A stretch of 64,000 bases of DNA from assembly GCF_964355755.1 (NCBI RefSeq), contig NC_092679.1, forward strand, positions 11,515,432 to 11,579,431, written 5' to 3'. Both the position numbers and the translations under genes were made by a program. The notes under the pieces are model-generated. The model searched no databases and was not told the DNA's origin. It was given only the letters and a program-made list of their open reading frames with translations. The stretch comes from Antedon mediterranea (Eukaryota; Animalia; Echinodermata). Shown piece by piece: positions 12,571-26,573 of the stretch (its first letter is position 1; every line of letters starts with the position of its first letter).

Positions 12571-13699
12571 GGCTTGTCGTGATTGGCCTAGAAAAAATTA
12601 ATATGCTAAGTAGTGCGTTTCAGGAGCTCGTTGTGTAAGCGTCTTACTCCGATCGAATCATGGTCAATGATGTAGCAGGAACGATCTGATTTTCCGTTGT
12701 TCTCTGACTCCTCTGTGTATACGCATAGGAAAATTAGCGCCATCAAATTGTTTTTGACTGATACCGATTCATTATCTTCCAATCTTGAAAAGACGTCTTG
12801 TGACATCAACTCGTCTTTGTCGCAGACATTTATAGCGCCCTCGTTTGATTTAAAAAGTACCTTATTAATTTGGAAAGTCATTAGCAGTGCTGTTTTCTAA
12901 AGACGATTCAGATTCAAGATCGTTGATGACGTTCATCACTCCAACATGATCCTGTTCAAGTAAGTAATGTTAGTAAGAAAGCATACTTTTAACAAAATAA
13001 ACATTACTGTTTAGGAACCCGTTTATTTCATCCATGATAGCATAATAATATTACTGAGGGATTTTTTTTCTTTCAATCTGCTATCTAAGTAGTAGTAGGT
13101 CTTTCTGGAACATGTTTGATTTGAGGTATGTTTTTTTCTATAGGATTATATTTATATGACATAATATTTTTTTCAAATTACAAATAAAAATTAAACTGTT
13201 ACCTTTATTATTCTTAAATTAAAGTCATGCATTATCATGCTGGCGTACTAGAATATTAACATGTATTTTATGTACAAGAATAATATTACATAACATAATA
13301 TTTCTTCAAATTAAAAATCAAACCTAACATTATATCTCTATTATTTATAATTATCCTTTAATTGCATTAACGTCGTACTAGAATATTAAAATGTAAAACA
13401 CTCAAAGGATAGTTAATTATTTTCCAAATATTCTAAATGAACGAAATGACTGTAGACTAATTCAGTAACGCATTTCTCTAAAAAATCTTAATATAAAATT
13501 AATCTAAAATATTTCTATTATAATAAATAAAGTAGAAAAAAAGAATGAAGAATTTAACGCTTAATTTATTGTATGAGATGAAACAAGGAAAAGGCGTGTC
13601 TTTTTGGTTGTTTCAGTTAGTTTCCATCGGAGTCCTGTAATTATAACTTCTCCTTAAATGTATCGGGTTTGGACGAGACCCATCTGCTCTTTTTTTTTT

Positions 13700-14760
13700 A
13701 TCTTATGTGGGTTCATCCCACATTTATTTCCATACAACTGTTCTCTTTACATATATTTTTCACTATACGCTATACATATCATTATTTTTACAATGTTTGT
13801 TTAATCATCTGTTTACAATTACATATACTTATTTAAAGAGTTTTATTCATTTGTTTACATATTATCACATTGATTACATAGCTTCCTCTTTTTAAACCTG
13901 TTATCTGTAACACATTTTCATTAACAAGCTTATTTTTTTCTTACATAGTTGGTTTTGTTTTTTTTCATCTACCACATTTTCATTTAACAATGCATATTCT
14001 CTGTTATACTCATTACTTACTAAATGTTTACTGTTAACATAATATTGTTCTCATCCTTTAACATTAATATTAATATTTTTGTTCTTTAATATTTACAAAA
14101 CCTTTTTTTTGCACTATAGGCCTAACTTCTTAAATTTTCATTTAACTTTTTTACTTTCTTCTCTTATGTGGATTCATTCCACTTTTTTGTTTCACTTATT
14201 TTCTTTAAAAAAACTATTTCCATATATAATTTTGTTTATACATACATTATCATTTAACCACATTGATTACATAGTTTCATCTTTTTATACATATTATCTA
14301 TAACACATTTTCATTAACAAAGCTTATTTTTTCTTACATAGTTGTTTTTGTTGTTTTTTTTCATCTACATGCATATTTATTTCATACAATTATAATACGT
14401 TTATGTTTACTAAATCCATCCCATGGGTTTGTCCCATTTTATTTTTCTTTGGATTTATCTATGCAAACATATTTTCATTTAAACAATGCATATTCTCTGT
14501 TATACTAATTACTTACTAACTTTTTACTGTCAACATTATATTTTCCTCATCCTTTAACATTGATTTTTTTGATCTTTAAATGTTTACAAAATTTTTTTCC
14601 AACAGATTATCCTTTTTTGCATCTACAGTATAACCCATCAAAGTTTCATTTAACTTTTTTTTTCTTATGTGGGTTCATTCAATTTTTTTTTTTTTTACTT
14701 ATTATTTATTCTATTATTTTTTTATACATACATTATCATTTAACAACATTTATGTTTAAT
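13700..14760. repeat. Degenerate tandem duplication (~400-500-bp units), T-rich
   Basis: cattgattacatag...taacacattttcattaaca..gcttatttt recurs at ~13868 and ~14263; aacaatgcatattctctgttatact recurs at ~13986 and ~14482. Confidence 0.7.
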
Positions 14761-14846
14761 GATCCATTAAAAAAATTAGACATTGTTTTTTTATTTTTAA
14801 CCATTTTATCATTTCAAAATTCCACCTGCAGTAACAATGTGCATAT

Positions 14847-14849
<3 letters not shown>

Positions 14850-14939
<90 letters not shown>
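14850..14939. repeat. (TA)n microsatellite, about 45 units
   Basis: Directly visible. Confidence 0.98.
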
Positions 14940-14942
<3 letters not shown>

Positions 14943-16225
14943 TATTATATACCTATAATATGAAAGCTTTGATGAATACACTTCACCACTTAAACCTAAA
15001 CCTTCTTATCCTTCATCATTTTTTATCATCAATCTATAAAAAGCTTTTCACATTTTGTCTTTTTGTTTTCAAATCATCATGGTATACATATTTACAAAAC
15101 ATACAATATAGTAGCAAGAAAAAAAAACAAAAACAAAAAACATAATAGATTCATCATTCATGGTATCTCATTTACATATTTTCTTCCTTAATCTGGTTGA
15201 GCATATACAGTATACCTGCAGATTTACATATTTCTTATCTTTTTTTCAGATTTTAACATTTGTAGGAGATTGATTTTTTTTCTTTTTCCAATAAACCTAA
15301 TATCTTTACTTTATAAATACAAAATGCTCCTAAAGTGTATAATTTTATTTACGTAATTATTGTCAGTTTCAAATAAAAATCTTTTGAAAGAAAAAACAGG
15401 AATATGTATGCTTACTGCTCTAATTATTTCGTTTATCTCTCTCCATAAACATTTTACTGTTATGCACTCTACTAACATATGTTTGTCATTCTCAATAACA
15501 TTGCATGTGTCACAAAATGAGGAATTTACAAGTCTCCACCTATGTAATCTTTCATTTGTTGGCAATATTCTGTGCAACAATTTAAAATTAAAATGTGCCA
15601 GTTTTTTTTCTTTAAGACCAGAAACTTTCTTAACCCATATTTTTGTCCATGGCATATTACCAAATATGGATTCCCACTTAACCTGTGCCGTAGGTGTAAT
15701 ATATTGAGCATCTATTATGAATCTATATAATTGTCTAGACGTCATATTTAAGACCTTATTGTTTGTAATAGGTATATCATTTACATTAATGTCATGTGTT
15801 GTTTTTAAAATACATTTCCATTCTTTTGGAATGGCTTTCAATATACAAGAATATTCACTGATCCAATTTTGTGTACATCTTAACCTTCTTTTTATCTCTA
15901 TCGCAGGCTTAAACACATTATTATTTATTACATCATATATTTTTAAAAACCCTGATCTAATCCAGTTACAGTTATATAACGGCTTCTTTTTAATACATAT
16001 AAACTCATTACCCCATAATGATTGATTAATAATGTCATCATAGCTTATTGGTTCCTTATTTAATCTATTATTACAAGCATTAGCTACTGCTATAGACTTA
16101 ATAACTGAGAGATAAAATGGTGGTACGGATATATTACACGGAACTTTTGATAAATTTGAGGTTAATGATTCTGGGCCTATTTTTTCTATATAAAATGTAG
16201 GTAAATATTTCCATTTGGCATCATC
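14940..16225 (-). mobile_element. 5'-truncated Tx1/L1-clade LINE remnant (ORF2 C-terminus with zf-RVT)
   Basis: ORF 15311-16306 contains LWGNEFI, ILKAIPKEWK, FNFKLLHRILPTNERLHRW and CDTC..IENDKHMLVEC..VKCLW. No RT core is present. Confidence 0.85.
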
Positions 16226-16614
16226 GTTTTCATACTCATCTGCTCTTTGTACAGTGTTAGAGCATGCACTTTCCAACTCCTCAGCGGCCAAACGGACTAC
16301 CAGCAACAGATTTATACTACACCTCGACCGGATGTAGTTTAAAATCGTACCCAGAACATTTGCCTATGATATTTAATTAAAAGTTAATTATATTTGAAAT
16401 CCAAGGGGAAAAGTTATTAAAATGAAGATAGTTGCAACGTGTGACAGCAACAGAAACTCTTTTAATATAATGTTCATGTTGTGTCTCGTCACGTCATGTT
16501 TATAGTGAGAGTACAGCGTCGATCGTGTATACATTCACTGGTACATTCAAGTCACTATTTTTAACATAGCAGATTCTAATTCTATCATAATAGTATTAGC
16601 TATTTTGTTTTGCT

Positions 16615-16813
16615 TTTGAAATTTGCTGTGGTATTTTTTGTTAAATTGCCGCGGTGTTTTATTTTTAATGTGCGATTTGTGATGTTTATTTTAAAATTGC
16701 CGTGGGTTTTTTTTTAATTGCCGCGGTTGTTTTAAAAAAAACTGCAGTGGTTTTTTTTGTGTAAATTGCCATGATATTTTTGAAAGGTGTCGTGACACTT
16801 ACAGGCCACCGTA
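16615..16813. repeat. Degenerate ~25-bp AAATTGCCGYGG+T-run repeats ending GGCCACCGTA; probable arm of a non-autonomous DNA transposon
   Basis: About 7 copies of the TGCCG(C/T)GG core. The transposon origin is inference. Confidence 0.5.
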
Positions 16814-19800
16814 GATTATGCTCATGAGTGCAAATATAGTATAAATTATCACAGCGGTAATTCAGTCTTCAGAATATTTACGTTACATTTAAGCTCTTCG
16901 TGTAGATTGGCAAAAGTAATCAACAATATCCAACTGCATTACAAAGGTGTTTCTAATTATCAGTCGATTCTTTTGTTTGGATTCCTGCCGTTAGGACTAC
17001 TAGGCCTACTATAATAATGGCAGCAATCCTTATTGGATTGGTTTCAACACTGAAAATGCGATCCGGTGCTGATCTGATATTTGTACTCACTAAAAAAACG
17101 GTATCTAAATGGTCTAGGCCTCAACATGTAGTTCTGGAATATCATTTTTTACTTTTGATTGTATAAGATAATTGTATTCAATGTAGTTTAGAGTATTTGA
17201 TCCACTTTTGGAAAGTCAAAAAACACCATTACACATTAGACCTACAGTATGTTTTAACCAACGGAAAGCTTATTAATTAAGTAATTAATAATTAATTTAC
17301 TTGGTCAAAATCAATTAAAATAACAAATACAAAAGTATAGACCTAAGCAAATAAAAATGGGAGTTTAAATTGTATAACACTTTATTAACAGCAGAAAACA
17401 TGGTATCAGGAATTAATAAAAAAAAAACCAGTTATGATTATTTAAAATGTATATACAGTAATACAACTTTAATAACATTATTTAAAAAAAACCTGTTTAA
17501 CAACAATTGACCTATAGATTTTGACGAGACTAGCAAGAAAAACCCCCCAAAACCCAGATTTACTTTCGTTGGAATCTTTAAACAAAATTGCAAGCGACAT
17601 AATTGTTTTTAGAATAACAATTTTCCATAAGGTACTTTGATAATAAACATATATAATATTTACCCCACAGAAAGTATAGGCCTACATTAAGTGAAGTACT
17701 CTAATTAGCCTACTGGTGTATTTAACAAATTCCCCGTGTAAAGTAGCCTTAGTAGTATTTTTATTCTTTAATCAATAATCTAATATAGAGTAAACATGTT
17801 ATCTCCTAAGAAAACATAAAACGTGCATTGTGACCTAAAACCACTATGCTTCTCAAATTTTGATCTAATTGCAATCTGTTTATCGGTAATTAACATTCTA
17901 ACAGCCGGCCACGTAGATTGCGTTTATGAAACGATTGGAATATTTTCTTATAAAGGTGATCTTGGAATGAAATTGTGATTAGACCGGATATTAAAGCTCT
18001 TAAGAACATCTCGCTATTCATTTTTTTCATTTTACACGGGTGTATCTAATTCCATTTTCTGGTCAACCAGTCTCAGTATACTATTACCACTTTTGGCTCC
18101 GATTCCAAATACCCCTCTCCTGCCATTTGATTTTGACGTAGTACCATAATAGAATACTATATTTCAGGTACTCAGTCAATAAGCTGTGTATTGGCCCTAT
18201 TTTGATTAAGGTTAATTCGGTAACACAGTATAATATGATATAATTTAGATGTTTAAATTTTTTTTTTATTTGGCTACCTTAGTCAACATTCGCTTACTTA
18301 TTTGTTAAGTTAATAAAATTACTATAATCTACGCTGCGTCATCGGGAACAAAGCTTAAATACATTTCTAGACCTCCTTTTGGCCGACCCACAATTAGACG
18401 CCTTCACGATACCGTCTTTCGATAACCAGACTGTATCTTATGCCTTTCCATTGGCTTTAGGTTCTGAAAAAAAGACCTAATACAAACAGCCTAAATGGAC
18501 GCTTACAAATAGTTAATTCTGGATACAAACGTAATAAATGCACATTTTATTAAAACAGATCCAGTTCAATTGTTTGTTTTATAATAATGACTCAGAACTG
18601 TGATTACAATAATTAGGTAGACTAGTTTTGTAAGTAAATCGTTGTTTAATATACACTTGTGTAACATTTTAACGTCAAGTCCAAATCAACATCCAACTCG
18701 CAGTGAGAATGCAAATGCAGTTTATGGTTCGTAGAATCGACTTATGCTGTGTATTTACACTATATTGTCTCTTTTAACTAGAGATATAATAGCAAAGGAG
18801 TTTAATTGTCTGTTTCGATTACATTACATTTTAAAACGAATAGCTGTTCTTATAAAATATTTAAGTGAAATTCTAAACATGATCAAAAGTCATAAAGATG
18901 ACCTCATAACATTAGTACATACATGAGCTTATTCAATGCATGGCTGTATATGGATATAATTCCTTCTTTTATGAAATTCTAGAAAAATCGATACATGGCG
19001 CGATTTTTGGGCTTAATGAAAGTGTGTATTCGTCTCAACATTCTTAGACAATGCTTATCAGTCAAAGATGTTAAGATATGATATTCTGTCAAGATGAGAG
19101 CGCATCATATTGTATTCAGTACATTAACAAAACAATTAGGCCTACTGCTATAATATTGGTTTAATTGTTGCTATGCTGTAGCTAAATTGGTATGAGTAAA
19201 TATACATTCATAAATATTGTTAAAAGGCAGAAGTGAAAATATAATAATATTAACAATAAAAACTCAATTAAATTTACTAAAATATGTCTGTAGAATAATT
19301 GTATAATTTATATCAACCAGGAATAACAAATGTGGTCAAAATGATTTTTATTCAAACAATAACAGTAGATTGATCCCAGGTTTCAGTAGGCCTAATTGTG
19401 GGATTTCGACAAAATTGCTTCGAATTAATTATTTAGAATTTTAGATATTCAGTTTCATCATGTAGCAATTCAATTGTTTAATTTAGAATAATACAAACAA
19501 TTACTCTTAGAATAGAATGTGCTTATCTTACAACCTACAGATGAGAAAATCCCACGAGATAAGATAGTCTCATTTCTTTTACAGATAAATGACAAGCTTA
19601 GTAATAATGTACAATAATTACCGACACCTAACATTGGGCGGCGGAGGTAGCCTACGTTATTTTGTCACCAGTCAGTTACATTTATGCCGATAATTAAAAT
19701 GAAGCTACCTCTAAATGAATACCACCTTTATAGAAGTGTTTTCTTAGACTAATTTACAGTTACATTTTGGTAAAAATGAGAAAAATATTAACTAAAACAC

Positions 19801-21306
19801 CCAAAATGATTACGGATATTTGTCCAATAAGTCATACCTTTGCGTTGGTGAGTAATAATGGAATATGTCATTTAAAATAACATACCCTATAAATCGTTTG
19901 AGAAGAAGAACAACACAGATGTACAAAAAGCAATCTATATAGGAGTAATGCTTCTTGAAAACCACAGAGATTTGAGTAACTTTACTAATTACCAATCTAA
20001 AATATTTTGGATGGAATTGTCATCGTATAGGCCTACAATACCGGTATTAATTACTTTAACCAAATAAATATATCACCATTGTAAATGCATCTGGATACTG
20101 TACATGTTATAGTTAAGATGCACGTTTTTATTGATGCAGATTAGTAAATTATTAAATTATTTGGAATTATTTCAATATCATGTTTAGTATACCATATCGT
20201 AGTTCAGAAGAGTAATTTTTTTGTTATATTCTGTTCATGATTTTCTGTAGACAATCTATAATAATGATAATTTGATAAATGTCAGTTTTGGATAACATTT
20301 TATTTCAAGGTAATCTTAACTTTTATATCTACCAATTGAACATATCCGTCATTCCGATCCATTAGATTATGTGCATCACTGTACTGTATTATGACATCGG
20401 AACTGATTTACTAACATCAGAACTAGCCTGATTAAAAAGAAATTCATAGCTAATAATATCGCTACTTATATTTAGTCAAAGATTGTGCAAATCATGTGGT
20501 AGACCTCCCATCAGCGCATCTCCTTGTGGCCTAATAAGGTTGTCGTGCACTTTTCCTTTCCTTTCATTCACCGCCTAGTAAAACGTCCAACTTTCTTCGC
20601 CCTTCAGGTTTCCTTGTTAATACAATCACTCTCATTTTCCAAGCTCAGCAAATTTCCTATTCATTTTATCTTATGTTCTTAACTTCCTCAGATTTTCGTC
20701 TTAAGTATTTAATCAATATTATGATATGTATATTGTGGCAGGCCATCTTTCATTCAATATTCGTTTAAAACATTTGAAATTGTACAGTTATAAATTGTTT
20801 TCTATGAGATTAATAAAGTCAGACTTTGAATAGGCCATTTTCCCGTTTTTACTGCAGGAAAAAGGAAAAAAAAATAAATTTTTAAACCGACAATTTGTTA
20901 TTTACTTTAAATTACAGTTTTTTTTAAAATATTTGTTTATATCCAATGTAACATTAAAATGGCATATTCAACAAAACTATTAAAAATTAATAATAAATTC
21001 AGGGGGACAATACATCTAAAACACAACGCAATAACGTCAGCACAATACAAGTAATTTGACCAATCACAAGCGATGTATTATCCAAAATGTTCTCTGTGAT
21101 TGACCAACTCTTTTGCGTTGATCCACGTACACAATTGTGTTCCGTCCAAATGGCAACCAAGCTTAAAGTGTTGTGACTGTTTATATTTTAATATTACGCA
21201 GTACTTACTGTTTTTGTTGCATTTTAGTTTATAGCCAAGCAGTTATATTTTAAAGTGTATGGTTACGTACTGCTTATTATCCAAATAACTGTTTACCTTG
21301 CTGAAG

Positions 21307-24300
21307 ATGGAAAATATCTCTATGCTTATACTGTTGGGCAACATATCTCAAATATACTCCAATGTTGGACCAACATATAACTGCACAGATATTGAGTCTG
21401 GGCCAGACTGTACGTGGACCTATTATGGATATTATGAAGATTTTATGCAAATCAAAGCTGTAAATATATTCTTCATTGTAATATCATCGTTCTTAATTTT
21501 ATTTGGTAAGTATCTTTATCATTGTTATTATATTATACCTAATTGCTCATAATTAATTCACGGCAAATTTCTGTAATCATCAAATCGAAAGGAAACTCTC
21601 CAATCTTTTAATTCCAAGGAAACTATTACGTTTTAAATAGTTTGTTACGTTTACTTTGCCTACTAGTATCGTACTAGGTTCATCAATAACATATGACTTT
21701 GGAATGACGGCAGCAAAAACCAATTGGTATTAAATCATATATAAAAAAATAACCCAAATAAAATAACTAAAATACAATATGAAACTAGAACGGCACTCCG
21801 AGAGTTCATATACTGTAAAATTCTCCTACATAAGATTTCACGGGAAAAATAGTGTTGTGTCTTAATGCTGTGTGTGATTAGGTTAATTTCACTACAACCA
21901 TGTGTATAAAAATTTGGTGTAATAGTTATGTAACCAGCATTTTAACAAACAATAGTTTCAGTTGATTAACAATAGAACAGAAACGCGAAAACAAACGAGT
22001 ATATTTGAAAGAAATAGTTTTTTTTTAAACATACTCATATACAAAAAAACTGTACATTAAATCAAATTATGTTTTAAAATTACAAATCACAAATAATAAC
22101 TTTTGCCTCTTGTACAAAAATGAAGTTTTTTGGACAAGTATTTCTTGAGAAAATTCAATTTCAGTTTACTTGTTACTTTAAGACTGCTCGACGTTTTTTT
22201 TTAATTGTCTCCTATCTTTTAACACTAGCAAGTATGAAAATAATATCATTTTTGTTATTTGCGAATTTATAATCAGAATGATAACTTGAAAATTATAGGC
22301 GCTGTCGTACTAACAAACAAACATACAAACACAGTAGGCCTACTAAAGTTGGCAAAATTGTGTTTTGCCAAGTAAAAAACAAACACACGCGATCGACTAC
22401 ATATACCTCTTTGGTGGAGATTTTGGAGGCAATCCGGACCACGGTTCCAATTCTGGAGCACTTTCTAATATAATTTTAAAAAACCTATTTCTTTTCAAAT
22501 TCAGTGGGATTTTTTTTGCGTTGCTGTTCTTTTGTTAGTCAACTGAAACTATTGTTTATTGAAAGGCTGGTTACATAGTAAACATTAATTACACCAATTA
22601 CGCATACACATGCTTGTAGTGAAATTAGCATAAATCACACACAGCATTTAGACACACACAATTATATATATATTTTTACCGGAGAAATCTTTTGTAGGAG
22701 AATTTTACAGTAGGATTATACACTGTCGGAGTGGCTTTTTAGTTTATAAGTGAAATCGTAATTTTTTTTAAATAACATTATTCAAACTGCAAGGTTGCCT
22801 ATTCAAAGTCTGAATTATTTTTCTTTATTTAAAAAAAATGTTTTTGTGGTACGATACACATTAAACTGTGAATGTAATTGTTAAATAAATATTACAAATA
22901 TGATGATTATTCATGTTTAGGTATATTTGGTAACACGCTCGTTCTATTAACGATTTGGCGACACAGTTCTATGCACACGGCTACCAACTACTATATCTTC
23001 AGCTTAGCTATCAGTGACTTGCTTATGTCATGTTTTGTTGAACCTCTCAAAGTTATGGAATTTACGTTTTCAGCAAACCAGTCATTTTTCAGTGACTCGC
23101 TGTGTTCTTTTACCCATTACGTCATGCCTCTGGTTGTGTTTACTGGTATATGGACACTAGTTTCCGTCTCAATTGACCGGTAAGTTTACTAAACGTTTAG
23201 TTTAATAATTCTCTTCTTTAAAAGGATTATTCTATCAAAGTGATTATATTGTAGGTCAAAGTTCAGTTGAAACATAAAGCATGGGGAGGGGTTGATCAAA
23301 TAAAACTATTTTTGGAAAATAGAAATTCAAAAATGAATTGAATTACACTTCTAATAATTGGTCTAACAACAGCTAACAAAAAAAAGAAAATAGTACGTAT
23401 GTCTCATTAGGCATTACAGCAATTCTTTTTTTCTATTAATCAATTGGTTCCATTTACATATAGGCCTAAAATACATTGGAAATTTGTCATTAACTTTGAA
23501 ATTAATTGTTGTCAGTATAAGAAAGTATATTATTAAAACGTGAAATATAAGATACACAGTAATAAAATATGGTTTCAAAAACCTTGTTTTGTGAGGTTCT
23601 ATAACAGAGGTCTAACTAAATTATAAATCAAGTGCTTTAGCTTTTACACAAAAGACATTTAATTAAAAAACATTTGAAGCTAAATGAAATTACTCGAAAT
23701 TACATATCATTTCAAATCTATAATTTCTCCATGTTATTATTTACTTCTCATTATATTTGACCTCTACTACAGTATATCGACGCGGTGTAGTATTTTTTCC
23801 AAATATTTTACAATACCAATACCAACATTTATCCAAATCATGCGATTTTTGTAGTAACAGAACAGGTTTAAAAAAACAACGAGTTTAATTCATTAGCATG
23901 TGACGTGTAAATTGTCGAAAGTAGAAATTTGACATACGTCAGTTTTGTATCAGTAACTTTAAGGCATATTATTTCCATGATTTCTCACGTTCCATTTAAT
24001 CAAGCGTCCAAATACACCATCGTCCACTTGGCTTAACTTCATTGGCGGCCTGGGTAGAATACTTAACAGGCTATTATATAAACACATGTCTTGAATAATA
24101 ATACTCTTTAACAAATTACATAGAGAAAAGTTTATTCGTTTCATTGATATGAAATAATATAATAGTATTTATAAGGGGCGCCCTTCCAAAAAAGACCAGA
24201 GCGCCGTACATACATCAAATAAATAAAAAATGATAAACCTTAACATTATAAATCAATGAAACAAACTAATATTCGTATTATGCCTTTTTTCAGATACATT

Positions 24301-26573
24301 GTGATCCTATACCCGCTAAAGGCACGTGCGTTCAATACGAAATCACGTGCCAAACGCAATCTGTGCATCATCTGGTTGAGCGCGTGCATTGTGAATACTC
24401 CTTATTTGTACCCATTTAAAGCAACTAAATTTCATTTTGAGAGTAAGTACGGTACTATGAGTCGATTGATGTGCATTGATCGGTTTGGACTTACTTTTGG
24501 ACAAGTTTTTAATTCAGTACTCTTTCTTGTGCTCTACTGTGTTCCAGTGGTTATTCTGACTTTCACTTGCTTTTCCATTGCCCGTCGTCTATTCTACGAA
24601 ACAAATGAGGTGAAAATGCTGAAGAGATCTATTAGGCGCGAACACGAGAAGAGAAAAAAGGTAAATTATACTAGTTGATTTATTGTTTGTTATTGCGGTA
24701 TCTTCATCATAACCGTTTACACTAATATGTCTAGTCTTATTATCGTACTTAATCATTTGTCATATTTTCATATCCATTTGTTTAAAAAATGAGAAAGAAA
24801 GATTTATTGGTATGATGGGTTTTATCATTATTAATTATAACTTATAGTGTATTGCATAACATGTTCAATTCTCTTCTTTTGTTATGACAGTAAGTTATTT
24901 GATACTATATTTGATTATTATGTTTAATAACACAAGCCACCTACCGCCGTATGTAATCAATATTACTCTTAGCAAATAATGTTTGAGTTTTTGAAAAGGC
25001 AGAAATTCAAGATTTAATCAAAATATGGCAAAATAAAAAATGGGCACGTGAGGTATTGCTTTATTCAAATTTCTTTAGATATTCCTCATAATATTTAGTT
25101 TCTATATCAGAACAGACAACAAAACAAAACGTGTATTTGTAATTTAATATAAAAACACGTATCCAAGTTATATACAACCGTGTCTCATTGTCGGCGACAC
25201 AAACATTGTCATAATAAATATTGAACGTTGTTGAATGAGCACATTCACACTTATACGCAATTCGGCAAAGGTTTTCTGGTTCTCTGATTAAATTGGAAAA
25301 TAGTCATGGAGATATGAAATTTATCATAACCTAGTTTTTGTTCACAAGGAAAATACATTTTGTGACAATAGTTGAAAGCGTGTGCTGAAATTAGCTACTC
25401 AAGGTTGATCTGGTAAACTTGTGTTTAAACTCCTTCAAATGTGACAAATTGCAAATCTAGTTTATATTCATTTCCACTAAAAAGAAAATTCGATGGAATT
25501 GATCAAGTTTGTATTAGTCACTTAAAATGTTTACGGGCTTAAGCAATGTTGTTGACATATGCATTACTTAAGTTGAAACTTGCCTTGTCATCTGGGTATG
25601 TTATGTATACGAAGTCACGTATGAGTAGAAATGAAGAAACTTTGTATAAATAATGTTCAATCTTCTACAATGTTCTGCCTTAAATGACTGCGTCTTATAA
25701 GAAATTGAGCATAATACTATAGTCAACGTAGCGATGATAATGATCATTTAATCAACATCTAAATATCACGAACTTAAATGATTGGAGCATCCAAACCACC
25801 ATGTTCTAAAGAATAAAGTCTTTTTTGGGTTTGATAGATGAAGCAATAACAAATTTAGATTTGGGTATAGTGAATTATGATAAACTCTTATTTCTGCAAA
25901 TTGAGTGATTTGTTTTATGAAAGATTATAATCTAACTCAATTATGTACACCTTAAACGTAAGGCCTGTCATTATAAACACAATTTAAGGTGTACAGATTA
26001 TGAAAAATTCATTTCATTTGCTTTCATTCATAATTGCAGGTTGCTAAGATGGTACTGGTTGTGATTGCCGCATTTGTTGTTTCATGGACACCTTTTTTTA
26101 TGGTCAACATGGCGAATTTAGTGAAACAAATATTACAAATCAGGAACTTTGTATTTATGTTATGCCTCATTCATACGTGTGGTACAATAAACAGTATAGT
26201 GAATCCATTCATCTACGTATGTATGAGTGCTCGATTCCGCCAAGGGATGTGTAATGTCTTGGCTTTATTCATTTTCCCCTGTGGCGGTAGACGTTTTGTC
26301 AGAAATATTGAAAACAAGCGCAAGATAAGTTTAAGCGACAGTGCTCGTTCATCTGAACAAGAATTTAGCTTAAGAAGAAAATCATCAGCAATATCGAATC
26401 TGTCATCTGATCATCGACGGCCATGCGCATCACTGCGAAATTTCGCGAATCGTGAAAGTACTAGTACACTTACACATACGACAGTCACGCGAATTAATGA
26501 CGAAGGAAGCGATGAGAATTCTAACGCAGTGTCGATTAATAACCAAGAACAAAAAAGCTCGGTGTGGATGTAA
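21307..26573 (+). CDS. Rhodopsin-family (class A) GPCR, neuropeptide-receptor-like (orexin/QRFP/CCK-type group; ligand not assignable)
   Basis: Exons 21307-21505, 22921-23179, 24294-24660 and 26040-26573 have GT-AG boundaries and matching phases. Motifs: TM1 GIFGN, MHTATNYYIFSLAISDLL, DRY split by intron 2, TM4 W, ECL2 Cys, TM5 YCVP, TM6 FVVSWTPF, TM7 NSIVNPFIY, Ser-rich tail. Confidence 0.92.
21782..22745. mobile_element. Non-autonomous element with ~200-bp terminal inverted repeats, in GPCR intron 1
   Basis: aaactagaacggcactccgagagt..tactgtaaaattctcctaca..aatgctgtgtgtgatt..tttcactacaa is mirrored by ttgtagtgaaa..aatcacacacagcatt..tgtaggagaattttacagta..actgtcggagtggctttttagttt. Confidence 0.85.

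Larger units (their letters stand above)
7826..12950 (-). mobile_element. Near full-length non-LTR retrotransposon, CR1/L2 group (Crack/Daphne-like)
   Basis: ORF1 and ORF2 on the minus strand, a 3' UTR stem-loop (~7923-7960) and a short (TAAA)/(GAAAC) tail at ~7826-7850. The 5' boundary is approximate. Confidence 0.9.

Noticed and set aside
7815-12955. Target-site duplication for the large LINE (TGAT on both sides)
   Set aside because: Only 4 bp and the 5' end is uncertain, so it cannot be distinguished from chance.
14560-15145. IYIYIY ORFs
   Set aside because: Translation of the (TA)n microsatellite.
20500-20770. Possible RTE-like LINE 3' remnant (minus strand, KPEGRRK-like)
   Set aside because: Too decayed to support by eye.
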